From Utricularia gibba (Eukaryota; Plantae; Magnoliophyta), in the NCBI GenBank assembly GCA_002189035.1, contig CM007990.1, positions 2,728,001 to 2,792,000 of the forward strand: DNA of 64,000 nucleotides, read 5' to 3'. The first letter of the stretch is position 1. Each line of letters opens with the position of its first letter. This document shows positions 52,275 to 64,000 of the stretch, one piece after another. Below the pieces are notes generated by a model. The model was not told the origin of the DNA and ran no database searches. It saw nothing but the letters and a program-made list of their open reading frames with translations. Made by a program: the position numbers and the translations under genes.

Positions 52275-53425
52275 TCATGATACATGGACATCATAAGTGG
52301 ATATGATCAAAACAACAAAGGAAAAACAGAGGTGTAACGAACATCGTAGACCTCTCACAATCCCATCCATCATAACCTCACGTTCTGCACTATTGCTGTC
52401 CAAAAAAAGCTGTAGCTTTATGGGGTTACTCAAGATGACTTCAGTCACTCCTAGATGCTGCATTGTAGTTAATTGCAATGGCATCCCTCGAATGATGTCT
52501 GCAGTAGCATTTCAACGTTCCCGTAGGTCATTGTTTTCAGCAGTAAGTATTTCTCCCAGTTGTGCGATGGCATCATTTGTTCGCTTACTCATTTCTTTCA
52601 ACTCCTCCACCAAGCTATCAAGTTCTGGACCTTGCCTCCTCTTCTTCTTCCTAGGTTCATCACCACTAGTTGGTGTAGTGTGATTACCTGTGTGGCCTCT
52701 ATGAGTCCCTCCTGATGAGGGATACTCTTCATATGTAGAGGATGCATCATGTGATCTTTGGTCACCATTTTTTTCCGAGTCAACCTCCACTTCAGGATAC
52801 TCAAGAAGATGCAATGGTTGTTCCAAACCGGCTATAGAGTCATCAGCCTGCTGTGTTGCATCAGCAGCATCAGGGACACATTCTGCAAATTCTCCGGTGG
52901 CTCTATCTTTGCCAAAGATGATGCACCAATCTGGATAGTAAGGCCAACGCTTAAACCGCAACAAATTGTACACCTTCTCATTGTGCTACACATGTAATCC
53001 ATAAGTGTACATTAATAATCTCATAGGAATTACCTACTACATATATATTAGAACAACAATACTTGTTTGAACTCCACCCATAAATCCTCACTAGCATCTA
53101 CCATGTTTGTTGAGTTATCATACTCGGTACCTGACTTATTGAGAAAGTCAGATAGGGCATTGTAATCTTTTTTCCAGTTATGAATCTTTGATTACATGTG
53201 GGGAGTGCCTCTGATATCTGAGCCGGGACACAATTTGAGGAACGCCTCCTCTAGTGCTTGAAGATAATTACCTTTGAATCCATTCTCTGCTTTCCATCCA
53301 CCTTGAATGATATCCTTTAGAGCGTGGATCAGAAAGCGCTCTTCATCAGGTTTCCACTGTCTTTTGGTCTTAATGTTATCACCACTTCTCCCACGTTTTG
53401 TTGTAGGCACGCTTGCTCCAACCAT
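52275..53425 (-). pseudogene. Harbinger ORF1 Myb/SANT-like DNA-binding protein with two in-frame stops
   Basis: KRQWKPDEERFLIHALKDII..GWKAENGFKGNYLQALE; HM*SKIHNWKKDYNAL; intron 52986-53062; FKRWPYYPDWCIIFGKDRATG; RER*NATA. Stops at 53192-53194 and 52512-52514. 3' end approximate. Confidence 0.88.
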
Positions 53426-54924
53426 TTATGCAACCAACATATAAGTGCGCAACCCATGACAAAACCACAATGCACGTGTAGCTCAATATGGCACAAGAAG
53501 TATAACAACATTATATGGGTTTCAGGGGCACAATTCACAGCCATATTACTCAAAAAACATCACGCACACTAACACCCAGTCGCTCAATCCACGTGGTTAA
53601 GGTCATTCAACCGGCAAATGAAATAAACGCCTCAAATTCGAGAAAAAAATACCTAGTGCATCACCCAATACCCAATTTTTTGGTAAATCAAACTTGCTCC
53701 CAGAGTTGCATGAGCCAAAGATCCATGCACATCGCAACTCGAGGGTTTCAAATTCCCCAATCTGAATCTCACGTTTCTACATGTGGGGTCAAAATAGGAT
53801 AATAAGATATTATATTATACATAAAGGGTATATTAGAGAATTCATATTTTCGAGTATTGAGAAACTATGCATAAATCCTTTTAACAAACATATAAAATTG
53901 ATAATCTCATATTATTGAACCCTATCTACCAAACGCATACTTCATTCTAAACCATTATTTATGGGATACAATAAACTAAAATAATCTAAACCCTTTTAAT
54001 TTAAACCCACCTAACAAACGAGGCCTAAGTGTTTTGCTAGGTACAGAGTTCAAACCATCTATTTTTCTGAAAGATTTTAATAAAACTTTAAAAATTTGGA
54101 TAAAAAATTTGATTTGGCAAATTAAAAAAACCCGAAAGAAGATCTAAATTTTTTTCCCTATGAAAAGCTATTAACACCAAGTTTGGAGCAATCGAGAGTC
54201 TTGGAGTCTTTTATTGGAGTTTTGAAGTTGATTCTTATATTTTTGTAAGAGTATGAACTTAAATTAAATATAAATAAAACATGGGATATTAAAAAAAACA
54301 AAATGATTTTAATGATGTAGTTGATTTTATAATTTTAATACCTCTAAAACTTAGATAAAGGAATCAATACTTGATATTTATGAACACACAAATGAGCAAT
54401 TTTCTATGAAGATTATCTTTTTATTAATTCGATAATTTATGTATATTTACAGGTTTTTTTTATTAAATAATAACTTTTGTAAGAACCAATTAAGTCAATT
54501 GAGTAAAAAATGGAGATTATCTATTTATTTATTACGTAACTTATGATTTGTTCAATCGTTTCAATTTTTTATTTAGTTTTTATGAATTAAAATCTTTATA
54601 TGTTCTAGAAATTCTAATTTTACAATTTATTTTTAAAATTATTAATTTTTTAAAATTTGTATTTTAATGATTGTATAAAAATATTAATTAAAAAATTATA
54701 TTGTTTAATTTGTATAGAATTCAAAAATATATTTATAATTATAATGTAATGTATAAAGTTTTATAATATAATTTTAATATTTTCGAATATAGCTTTACCA
54801 CTTTAATATTAATTTTTTTTTATAAAATATAAAATACAAATTCAAAATGCAAAAAGCTCTTTAATTTTAGTAGATGATTTCTTTCAAACGTTTGAAGCGC
54901 GCGACGCATACGTTTCCCTCCGCC

Positions 54925-56783
54925 ATGGCGCCCTCCACTCCGCCGCCGGCGGAAGCTACTCCAACTTCTGAAAGGCCTGCGCTTCAAAATCCTCTACGGC
55001 CAACAAACCCCCAGCCTTTATATTCGTCGACGCCATCTCGGCTTCCTTCCAATCCGAACCCTAACTACCCTCAATTGGCGCCACGCGTTCCTCATCCCCA
55101 TCCCCAGGATATCTCTCAGAATTCCAACCCTGTACCCTCATCCGGTCGCGGGTTCATATCCAGGCCCGTCACCCGCCCGTCGCTGAAACCCTCCGTTGGG
55201 TTCCCTTATCTCGATCCAGGGTTTGTTCGCCCCAAAAGTTTGGCCCCGGTGATTAGTTCCTCTGGCAATGCGTCATCTTCGGGAGTAGTCCCTTGTGTAA
55301 TTAATGGAATCCCTTTTCCCACATCAAATCAGATGAAGGTAATTCATTTTTTTCTTAGTTTTACCCAGCTTTGAAGGTTGAAGTGTATCCCGAAACTAAG
55401 CTCGTTTCTGGCGGCAGCATATTATGCTTACGATGAGAAAGTTATTTGTTGTAGTTTACTGGTAGTGGAATGGCAATTTATGTTCCTATTTCATTGCTTT
55501 TGTAGCTCGGTTCCTCAACAACTTTTATATCTGAAATTAATGGGTACAACGAGTTGAGGTACCCTTCAGGTTTTTCTTTGCTTTCACATTATTCACCGTT
55601 TTTTTAGTGATTTCTTTGAATATGTTCCTTTCTTCTTCCTTTGTTTTTTTTTTTTTTTTTTTTGCAGACACAGAAAGAAAGATGACTGTCTCGCGATTAT
55701 CAGGGATAGAAAGGCAAGATTTGCTTATAGATTTTGTGTATTAATTTTCTGTTTCTCATGAATCTATTGGCTAAGAAAAAGTGAGTTTCAATGTCTTTAC
55801 CATCCTGTGTGGATGTCAGGGGATTGTTACTTAAAATAATGGAAATTGTCTTTGAAAATGGAATGTGAGTTTGATTGTCTTGAAAAGGGATATTTATTGT
55901 TCTTCCAATTTATTTGGAAATGAACTGTGTTTCTCCAACAGGTTCGATTATCCGAAAATTCCTCTCTTTACGCCTTGTGCAGATCATGGTTAAGAAATGG
56001 CTTTTCTGTGGATATCCAGGTTTGCTTTAAACACTCCATCTAGCATGTTGCTATGATGAATTTTGGATGTTTGTTTTTCTATGTCCATGTTTCCACTGAA
56101 TGTACGCAGTTTTATGAGAATGCTAGATACATTAAAATAGTTCTAAGCGGAGCTTTTAATTTTTAGCAGCCTCATTATCTTGATACTGCTGCATCTCTTC
56201 CACGGCCCTTGCCCAGGCCTAGACAGTGTCCAGATTTTCAAGAGAGAAAGGCAGTAGAGAATGAGAATGAGGATAATGAGGTGGGTTATCATGTTTATTC
56301 TTCTCTTCCGCTTCCTGGGATCCTTCCAGACCTTCTAAATGGCATATTGTTGCAATCTTTCGCACATTATATTTATTCAATTTTTTCAGGATAAGATTTC
56401 GTGTGAACAGCTTACTGAGAGGGAACTACTGCAAAGACACATCAAACGAGCAAAGAAGATTCGTTCCCGGTACCCTGCTAACTCAATTATGCACTAACAT
56501 GTGCTTTAACTCTTCAGCTTTATTTTGGTGGAAATATTTTTCTTATGGTTAGGTTGTTATCAGGGTATAATTCCCTAGCATAAACGTTTCACATGGTTTA
56601 TGATTTCTCATATCAAATGCATTCATTACTAATCTTGATGATCTTTTTTTTCCTTGCAGGCTTAGCGAGGAAAGATTTAAGCGGATTGAAAGATACAAAT
56701 CGAGGCTAGCCCTTCTATTGGCTCCATACGACAGAGCAAACGTGGGAAATGAATCTTTCCCAAACCAGCAACAAGCAAACTAA
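54925..56783 (+). CDS. LIN37: LIN37-like DREAM/MuvB subunit (proline-rich N-terminus), 301 aa
   Basis: 7 exons: 54925-55338, 55506-55558, 55668-55713, 55942-56019, 56170-56280, 56390-56469, 56660-56783 (906 nt, in frame). Motifs: DRKVRL...SLYALCRSWLRNG, LPRPLP, ELLQRHIKRAKKIRSRLSEERFKRIERYKSRLALLL. Intron 3 is GC-AG. Confidence 0.8.
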
Positions 56784-58906
56784 GAAATCATCAGTTTTTG
56801 TTTTTACATGTGCTAGATCAGTTTTATATCCATGTATAAGTCACCCACATTTCATGACACAAAACCTTGTGGTGTGGCTGTGCTTCGGAACCATCTGCAA
56901 AGCAGCACAGTCAAAGAGGATGCTAAATCTCCCGTTGTAGAGTGCCTTGTGGCTGACTGCTCTAAGATAGTAGCAACAGCAGTTAGTTGACATTGTTGAC
57001 CGAAGTTTGTTAGTTTTGCTATAAAGTCTATATGGGCCACATTTGGGTCAAGTCTATTTGGCTAATTATGGATTATTTCTGAAGTCTATATATTCCCTTT
57101 TTCTTGTTGGGTTCAATCCATTAGACTTAATCTATGGATTTAGCTTTTTTTTTTGGCAATTTACAGTCATGTTTATCGTGCTTTTGTGTCACACTCTTGC
57201 TAATCCCTCGCATTGAAGCTAGATTATCTTTTTTTGACTTATTTTTGAGTTCAATTACCATTTCTTTAAATTTAAATTTCATTATTCACTTTCAATATTT
57301 CAGACATTCATATTTGTCATCCTTGGCTAGTGTTCACATTTGTTTTGAGATTAATATTCCTAGAATTGGCATCTGCTATAGTTTAGGAAAAATTGTGAGC
57401 AAAGAATACTCATGTGAGAAATTGTTGAGTTGAAATGATAAAATGAATACAACCTTAGTATAATGTGCCGAAAGTAGGGTTGCAAGGCCTTGGGAATAGG
57501 TGTAGTGAAGATGTAAGTGAAAAGTGCTTAGGAAGGTATTCCTCATGGTAAAAATCTAGATATAAAGTGCTCTAAAGGATGCTCCCATGAAGGAGACTTT
57601 GGCATGCCTTGTCTAAGAGTTATCACCACAATGAAAATGACTAAATACGAAGTGTTCGGTAAAGCATGTGGAAGTTAAAATGATATTACTTAGTGCTAAT
57701 ATTCCTTCATTTTCCTCTTGTACACTTGGGCATAGGAGTTTAGCTCCCCGTAAACGAGCTTGAAGGAAGGGGCAACATGCTCAACAACATAAATTGTATT
57801 AAGAAACCATCCGAAAAGGGAAATTGAGGGCTATTGTCTTTGATAGGCCAACATAGTGCCAAGTTGTCATTCCCCATGTAGTCTGATGAAGATCAACGAT
57901 TTTTTCTCAAAGTAGGGGGAATATATCACTACTTAAAAAAAAATTGACCAGTATAGAGGACAAAAGGGGAAAGTTTCATCTTTTCGAAAAACTTTTTGCA
58001 AGTAAAAAAGTCAGAAAGAAGAAGAGAATGTAAATTAGCTTTTTGGCAGGGAAAGCACCTCAAAGAAAACGAAACTCCTCCCTAGAGTTCTTGGAACTTC
58101 TCTTACATCTTGTGGCTTTGTTCATTTTTTCATTATTTTTTTTAGTGAAATTTCTTCCCTAGTGTGATATGACTCCTAGTTTTTTCTTGTTTTATAGGTT
58201 ACCACTTGCTATCTTTTTACTGTTTTCCTCAAATTCGTTTCTAGGATTTGACTTGTCCTCATTGAGAATATCTTCAATGAGCTAAGGCTGCAATTTTGTT
58301 TTAAGTTCTTGAAGTTGTTATTCAACCACTTGGAAGAAGAATTGTTTAAGTGCTGAGTTGCAATGCATGGTCAAAACACTCTCCTTTACGGAAGGACAAG
58401 CTAATGAGTAATAACCATGGGGTCGTTTGAAGGACTGCACTCCCATCACGCAAGTGTTTAGGTGTGCGGAAAGCAACACCTCCTATGAAGCTTGAGCTAC
58501 CATTAGTCTCTAGTTAATAAGAGTTGTGATCGATGCTACCCATATCACATGGAGTATCTTAGACTTGTTAGAATCCGCTTGGGAGGAGCCCATGCTAGAA
58601 AAGATGCTGAAGAAAAAGTTGACACACATGAATGAGGCTTAGATTTTAGGGGACCTAGGCAAAGATTTGGGATCCCACCTAATGCCCTAAAGATAATGGG
58701 ATGAGCATAAAGGCTTACTTCAAGAGGTAGGGACGTGTGTTTCATTGCTCCTATGTTGGGTCTACAAACATGTTGGAGACACTGAAAAGCAGGAGAACCA
58801 AGAAGATTGTGACAGAATTAAAGGTCATTAGGAAGTGTTTCAAGTAAACCAACGTGAAGAGTAGAGAGTCTCCACAAGAACTACTTGTCTTACAAAAATG
58901 TTGCAT

Positions 58907-59812
58907 TGTTGCGTGTCATTTCCTCAACAAATTTTAAATATTTAAAACGTAAAACACAAAAAGCGTAGTACGAGTATCGATCTCAGGGAGTTGTTTTTCG
59001 TGAAAAATGTTTTGTAAGAAACTTCTACAAAATGTCATGGTTTTGTAAAAGGGGGTTTGTGAAATGCAGAAATGAAAGAAAAAACCTAAGTGATGAGCCT
59101 TGACTACGGAACGCAGTTTCTAGGAATGAGATTCTGTCTCCTTCCTTTGTCTATCCTCGCCTCGCTTTTCACTAATTTCTTTCGAATAATTGGTTATAGG
59201 AGCAAGGAATAGCCTACTCTCCCTTACACTCTGATTGACAAGGAGGCACAGGAATAGCCTCATGTGATTTCCTCTTGGACGATTAGGAAGACAAGAGGAT
59301 TGCCTTCGATTGCCTTCAAAATCGAATTGTGCGTGTGTGCGCAGCTGTTGCCAATGGCTAGTGGCAGGTTCGAGGTCACAACCTGTCCAGTGTCGCAGTA
59401 CCTAGGCCACAAACAATCCGCTATTTCCCTCGAACCGGTAGGGTTGGAGTTGGTGCTCATGGACCTTGACTAGAAGTCATTACAGAAAGAATGCAACAAG
59501 ATGCGTGGCAGTATACAGAATCCGAAATGAATTCAACAAAGAACTGAGTGTATTGCTCAAGACTTGGCAGGAAACTTCATCTTCTCTCAGAAACTAAAAG
59601 GTTTTAGCCACAAAGGGCCATGAAAAACAGAAATGAAATTGGAAACTAAGTATTCTTCCTCTTTGAGGGGAGAAAGAACTCAAAAGTTCTAAGTCTAGAA
59701 AGGAAATGGCAAAATTCTTGAAAATAAGTGCTCCAAGACTCTAAGTCTCCTTCCCATCATTCCTTCTATCTTGCGTGCGCCAGCAGCTTTCCTTTGAGTG
59801 CAAGTTAGGATT
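58907..59812. mobile_element. Second, truncated copy of the Tat/Ogre-like LTR at 6741-7878, in opposite orientation
   Basis: Reverse-complement similarity throughout, e.g. gtacgagtatcgatctcaggg and gattgccttcgattgccttc. ORFs 7269-7520 and 59264-59473 translate to near-identical peptides. Confidence 0.85.
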
Positions 59813-59819
59813 TTGGACT

Positions 59820-60642
59820 CAAAATGAGACAAGATGGAGAGAGAAAAGAGATCTCCCCCATTGGGACACACGACACACTTTCTGGAGAAGACTTCTAGGG
59901 GAAGAAGAAGGAAGACGAACCAGGAACGAAGCGGATGTCTAAAGACTATCTTTTATTTTCAAAGAATATTACTCTCAGCTAAGAGTAGCTACATACATTT
60001 CTAGTTTTCTGTTGAACTTTTTAAATTCCTTACTTGTTTATTTTCTGGTAATCGACTATGAAATGAGTACAATGTGGATGATGTTTTACTTTCCATTTTC
60101 GTTTACTTTAAGCATGAGTAGTTAAGTACTTAGAGGTGCCTTGGGGTGAAAAGGGGAGAAATGTACTAATCAATCTTTAGACTTTACAGACCACTTCTTT
60201 AACAAACCAAGATAGATCCCGGAGGAGGAAGTAGTGAAATTCATCTTAACAACCCTAATTAGAGGTAGATCAAAGATTAGGGGGAAAACAAGAGTTCGAA
60301 TAGACCTAGACTTTGTTTGTTAGATGCTTGATTTATGGTTTGCATGAGCATATTTTTAGTGATAAGCATACATCCCTAGGAGTCCCAAGACATCACCCAT
60401 TTCATTCCAAAAACAACCAAGTTCAAAAGTTTATCACTTTTCTTTACTATATTCAATCGTAATTCTGTCTTAGTCTTAGTTAAGACTAATTCTATCAACG
60501 TGACGCTGATTGCATGCATTGATAATCACATGAGAACCTGCTCTTTGTGTTTGACTCTAAACACTATGCTCATAATAGTATTAAATTTATTTGATACGAG
60601 AAATTTGCAATTTTACAACATTGCAAAAATTTCGTTCCTTCA
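59820..60642 (+). mobile_element. Athila-like LTR 3' portion
   Basis: gcatgagtagttaag...gtgccttgg motif, ttagtcttagttaagactaa, and a 3' end atttatttgata...ttccttca resembling 1812 and 46383. Confidence 0.6.
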
Positions 60643-61949
60643 TCTTGTTAGCCATCTTGCACTCCTTCATGCAAAAATTTTCATTTATTAGTGGCATAGG
60701 ATATTTCATCTATATGTGCATGAAGGACTGTCCCTCTGGCCTATGGAAAAACCTAAATACAAATCCTCAAAAATTAAAACTGTCCTCATCTACATGTGCA
60801 TGAAGGAGTGCAAGATGGCTATCAAGATGAAGTTGATGGAGATCTTGGAAAAGGTTAGAAGAGGTTTTCAAGGGACAAAAAAGGCTCAGAGGAAGATGTC
60901 ATGCTATGAAGTTTTGTACATATAGAAGAAGCTAGTAGCATGGAAATTCTATAAGTTCCACTACACCAACTTGCACAACACCAACAGATGTGTACTGCTT
61001 ATTATGAATTTAGAGCTACTATTAGAGCGATAATTCTGGATGATTCCTAAAACAAGGTGAGCTCCATATGGAACCAGGAGAGGAATGAGGGACAACAACC
61101 CTCCAAGGCTCCAGACCTAAGGGGCTTTCCAAGGAGAACGGATGGTGAGGGTCCAATTAGTGACCCAATTGGAAAAGGGAAGGCCAAGCTGAAGAGCCTC
61201 CCATCAACCTTGCTGAGACCACATGAGATCCTCCATATTATAGAGAGATCAACTGTGTTGTGATTTTTGAGGAGGTATGTGTTTCCCTCCCTCTCCCTAC
61301 TGCTTCAATGCATTTGTTTCTATTATGGTTACAACTAAGTTTTCTTTGGGGCCATGAGCCTTATATGGATGTTGGCACATATTATTATTCATATGTTTGT
61401 TTTATGTATCATTATGTGCCTCAATCAAATTTAAGACGAGTAATGATTTGCAATCCTCAAATAATGAAAGCTTGTTGCTACTTACCTCAAGGGGCGAAAG
61501 GGCTTTGTACTCTCCAAGGAAGGGTAATCACTCATTTCCACATCAAAGAAATCCCCACCTATCCTTAGTTCAAGAGGATGAAAAGCTAAGAATGAAGAAT
61601 TCAAGGGCAATGGCCCAATGATTTTCATTAAAGCAAGTCAAGGGTGATACCTTAACAACTTTCAATATACTAGAGATTGGGGAATAACCTAGTAATCTCA
61701 TGCATGTGGAAGCCTTACTACTGCTTTAACTTAGGAGGTCAAAAGGCTCAACCTTATAAATCCAAGCGTCATCACCCAAAGAAATCCTATTCAATCTCAA
61801 GAATCCTAGTTTGTTCACCCAAAAGGATTTCAATTAGACTAGAGGCTGAGAATAATCATCCCTCTACCCTACAATAAAGGAACTCCCATTGCTCCTTATC
61901 TCATGAGGTTGAAAGGTTAATCACTAGATGATATGGGTAATGATTCAAT

Positions 61950-63053
61950 ATCCCTTCAATTAAAAGGGGAAAATAGCTAATGACCGAGACAACCCCTCAT
62001 TGCAAGTTAGCCTGAGTGTAAACACCTAGGGTGATAATGAAGTAAGGGTATCATATTACTTCAAATACAACCCATCAGCAATATTATAATTTCTAGTGAA
62101 GGTTCCACTGTAAGCATCCATTATTAGGTAACTAGATTTAAGGCACCTCAAATTCCAGTATAGCTGGATTTAGAGAATGGAACATCTTAGAATCCCCAAA
62201 TGAATGCCCTGTACATGTAATATCCAATGGACTGTAATTTCTTTAGATGTCACAAACTAAAGGTTTTCCGTATAAAAAACATTTATATGTTGAATATGCT
62301 ATCCACCAGTATTCTACATGAAAATAAATGTAGTAGTAGCAAGTTCAAGTTGATCCACAGAAAGCAATCGATTTTTAATTGCTAGTCTTACTGTAAGCTG
62401 GATTTAATAGGGGGTGTGGCAAGTTGTTTGGAAATACGTAAAAATAGGGAAATAAACATTTTTGGTGCACACTACTACCATAGAACAATGTGTAAATCCC
62501 TACTCTAATTGAGCTAGATGAAAATAACTGCCAAACATAAACTGAGAAAGAATCTAGCTAACATGATGGCCATGACTTAAGAGCATGCATTAACAAAGGC
62601 ATAAGTCAAGCAGTTTCTCAATTTCTCACTATAGTGTTTAAGGTTATTTGTCTCATTTAATGATAAATAAAAACAACTACCTAAAACACACAACTAAAGA
62701 AATACATAAAATGTGCAGCCATGAAGTTGAACAAAACTTTTAAAAATAGCTCCAGAAATTCTACTTCCGTAGTTTTATTCAACAATAAGGTTTTCCTAAG
62801 AATTGTTCCTTTGAGTAGGTGAATAGCACTCTCTTGCTACTTTAACTCTATCATAGCTTCTTATTTTGCAGCACATAATGGTGGTTTCGCTATCTTGTTC
62901 GAGATACCCTATTCGTCTACTATCTCTGTTTTCTCCCCCAAGAGATGCAAAAATTAATAGAATGTAATGAGAAAATGAAACATAATGAAGGTAAAAATAA
63001 CTTTCAAAGGTGATGCAAATGCATCTTTTAAAACAATAGAAAATCACTTATCA
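61950..63053 (-). mobile_element. Deleted Athila-like LTR (start tgataagtgatttt at 63053) plus possible gag remnant
   Basis: The first 14 nt are identical to the solo LTR start at 32220; gtagcaagttcaagttgatccacag resembles 17000-17030; weak gag-like translation near 62100. Confidence 0.5.
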
Positions 63054-63641
63054 ACCCTATACCCTTCATGATTGCAAGTGAAGTTCCAACTCTATGAGGT
63101 TTTGCTAAGATCGGGCATGCTTAGCAAATGTTGAATCTTTTTCCAATTAATTCATATTTTGGGCTCCTCCTATGTAGATGGCATTCAATTCAAAATGTTC
63201 TTTGCAAGGTTCCATAAGGCTTCCATCACGATTGTCATGTTCTAGCATAAAACTATGAACTTGGTTTTGGGTGAGGAGTTACTCGTGGCAATTCGTGAAG
63301 CATGAGTAGTAGGGGTATGGGTCTCTGGCCAAGCCTTTAGTGAGTGTTGTTCTATTTTCTCTCCCTCCTCAAAGGAGAACTAAGTTGCACTCGTACAAAT
63401 ATAAACTAGTAATTACTTGCATCAAGGAAACTAAGTTGCATTTTTTGATCTTCTAAGAGAACTCAATAAGGTACTAGTCATGTTTTTCTCATGATTCAAA
63501 TAACACGAAACGACTTTTAGTCAACTTGAAGAAAGCGGGAACAAGAAGACCAAGCTTGGTGATCATAAAAACATGAACTTGGAAATTTTTATACACTAAG
63601 GTAAAACCTCATTATCATTCTAGAGAGTCCCTAAACAAGAT

Positions 63642-64000
63642 TGATAAGGGAAAAATCGGCCAAGGGTAATCGGTTCCTAAAAGGCTGCCAAAAGAGATCC
63701 CGAGGGAATAACGCCAGACGACAGATCGACGTCTGTCAGAAATCTGACAGGAATGGCCATATTACACAGCCTGAAAAGCGGCCAAATTACAGCATAACAG
63801 GCGGCCGATATCTAAAAAGCGAGATCGTATAGCAGAAGCAGAAAGCAACCGATGTTTGCAGACACCAGAATTCAGTCAGAGTGAGCTCTCCTATAAATAG
63901 ACGGAATTATGACAAGAAATGGGTTGGACTCAAAAAAGATTTCTTCAAGTTGTATTCTCCATTTTCGCAACCTCCACCTAGTGAAACTCTTTTCCGGCGA
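63642..64000 (+). mobile_element. 5' part of an LTR, truncated by the window end
   Basis: Abrupt rise in GC starting at tgataagg; TATA box ctataaatag at about 63891. Confidence 0.5.

Larger units (their letters stand above)
46889..54025 (+). mobile_element. PIF/Harbinger DNA transposon, 7137 bp, with internal cargo gene
   Basis: Perfect 24-bp TIRs ggcctcgtttgttaggtgggttta (46889-46912 / 54002-54025), flanked by tta and taa. Transposase on +, Myb/SANT gene on -, arranged tail-to-tail. Confidence 0.95.

Noticed and set aside
57400-58900. Retroelement-like non-coding sequence downstream of LIN37 (also 12200-13400, 22200-23400 and 60650-61900)
   Set aside because: Probably TE-derived, but I could not establish boundaries, domains or family, so it is not annotated.

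Overview
AT-rich, repeat-dense plant (eudicot-like) nuclear DNA, not prokaryotic. There are four host genes, all on the + strand with GT-AG introns (one GC-AG): a BTB/POZ-BACK-F5/8C protein of the At2g30600 type (26394-30630, one -1 frameshift), dolichol-phosphate mannose synthase DPM1 (35622-37316), peroxisomal acyl-activating enzyme AAE1-like (41228-43025) and a LIN37-like DREAM subunit (54925-56783). The rest is mostly transposon-derived: a decayed Ty3/gypsy element interrupted by an hAT element that itself holds an LTR; several Athila-like solo LTRs with 5-bp TSDs; gag, copia and LTR remnants; a Mutator-like foldback MITE; and two PIF/Harbinger elements. The most unusual object is a 7.1-kb PIF/Harbinger element (46889-54025, perfect 24-bp TIRs). 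Between its convergent transposase and Myb/SANT genes it carries a third, intron-containing chimeric gene: a gypsy-associated Transposase_28-like domain followed by an FCP1/NIF-like HAD phosphatase domain, bracketed by foldback and tandem repeat arrays. A second, diverged copy of the same chimeric gene, with the same flanking repeat motif, lies at 9235-11035 (-) outside any recognisable Harbinger, so this looks like a mobile multi-copy module rather than a one-off capture. Both copies are now pseudogenised. All family assignments come from motif recognition by eye; no searches were run.
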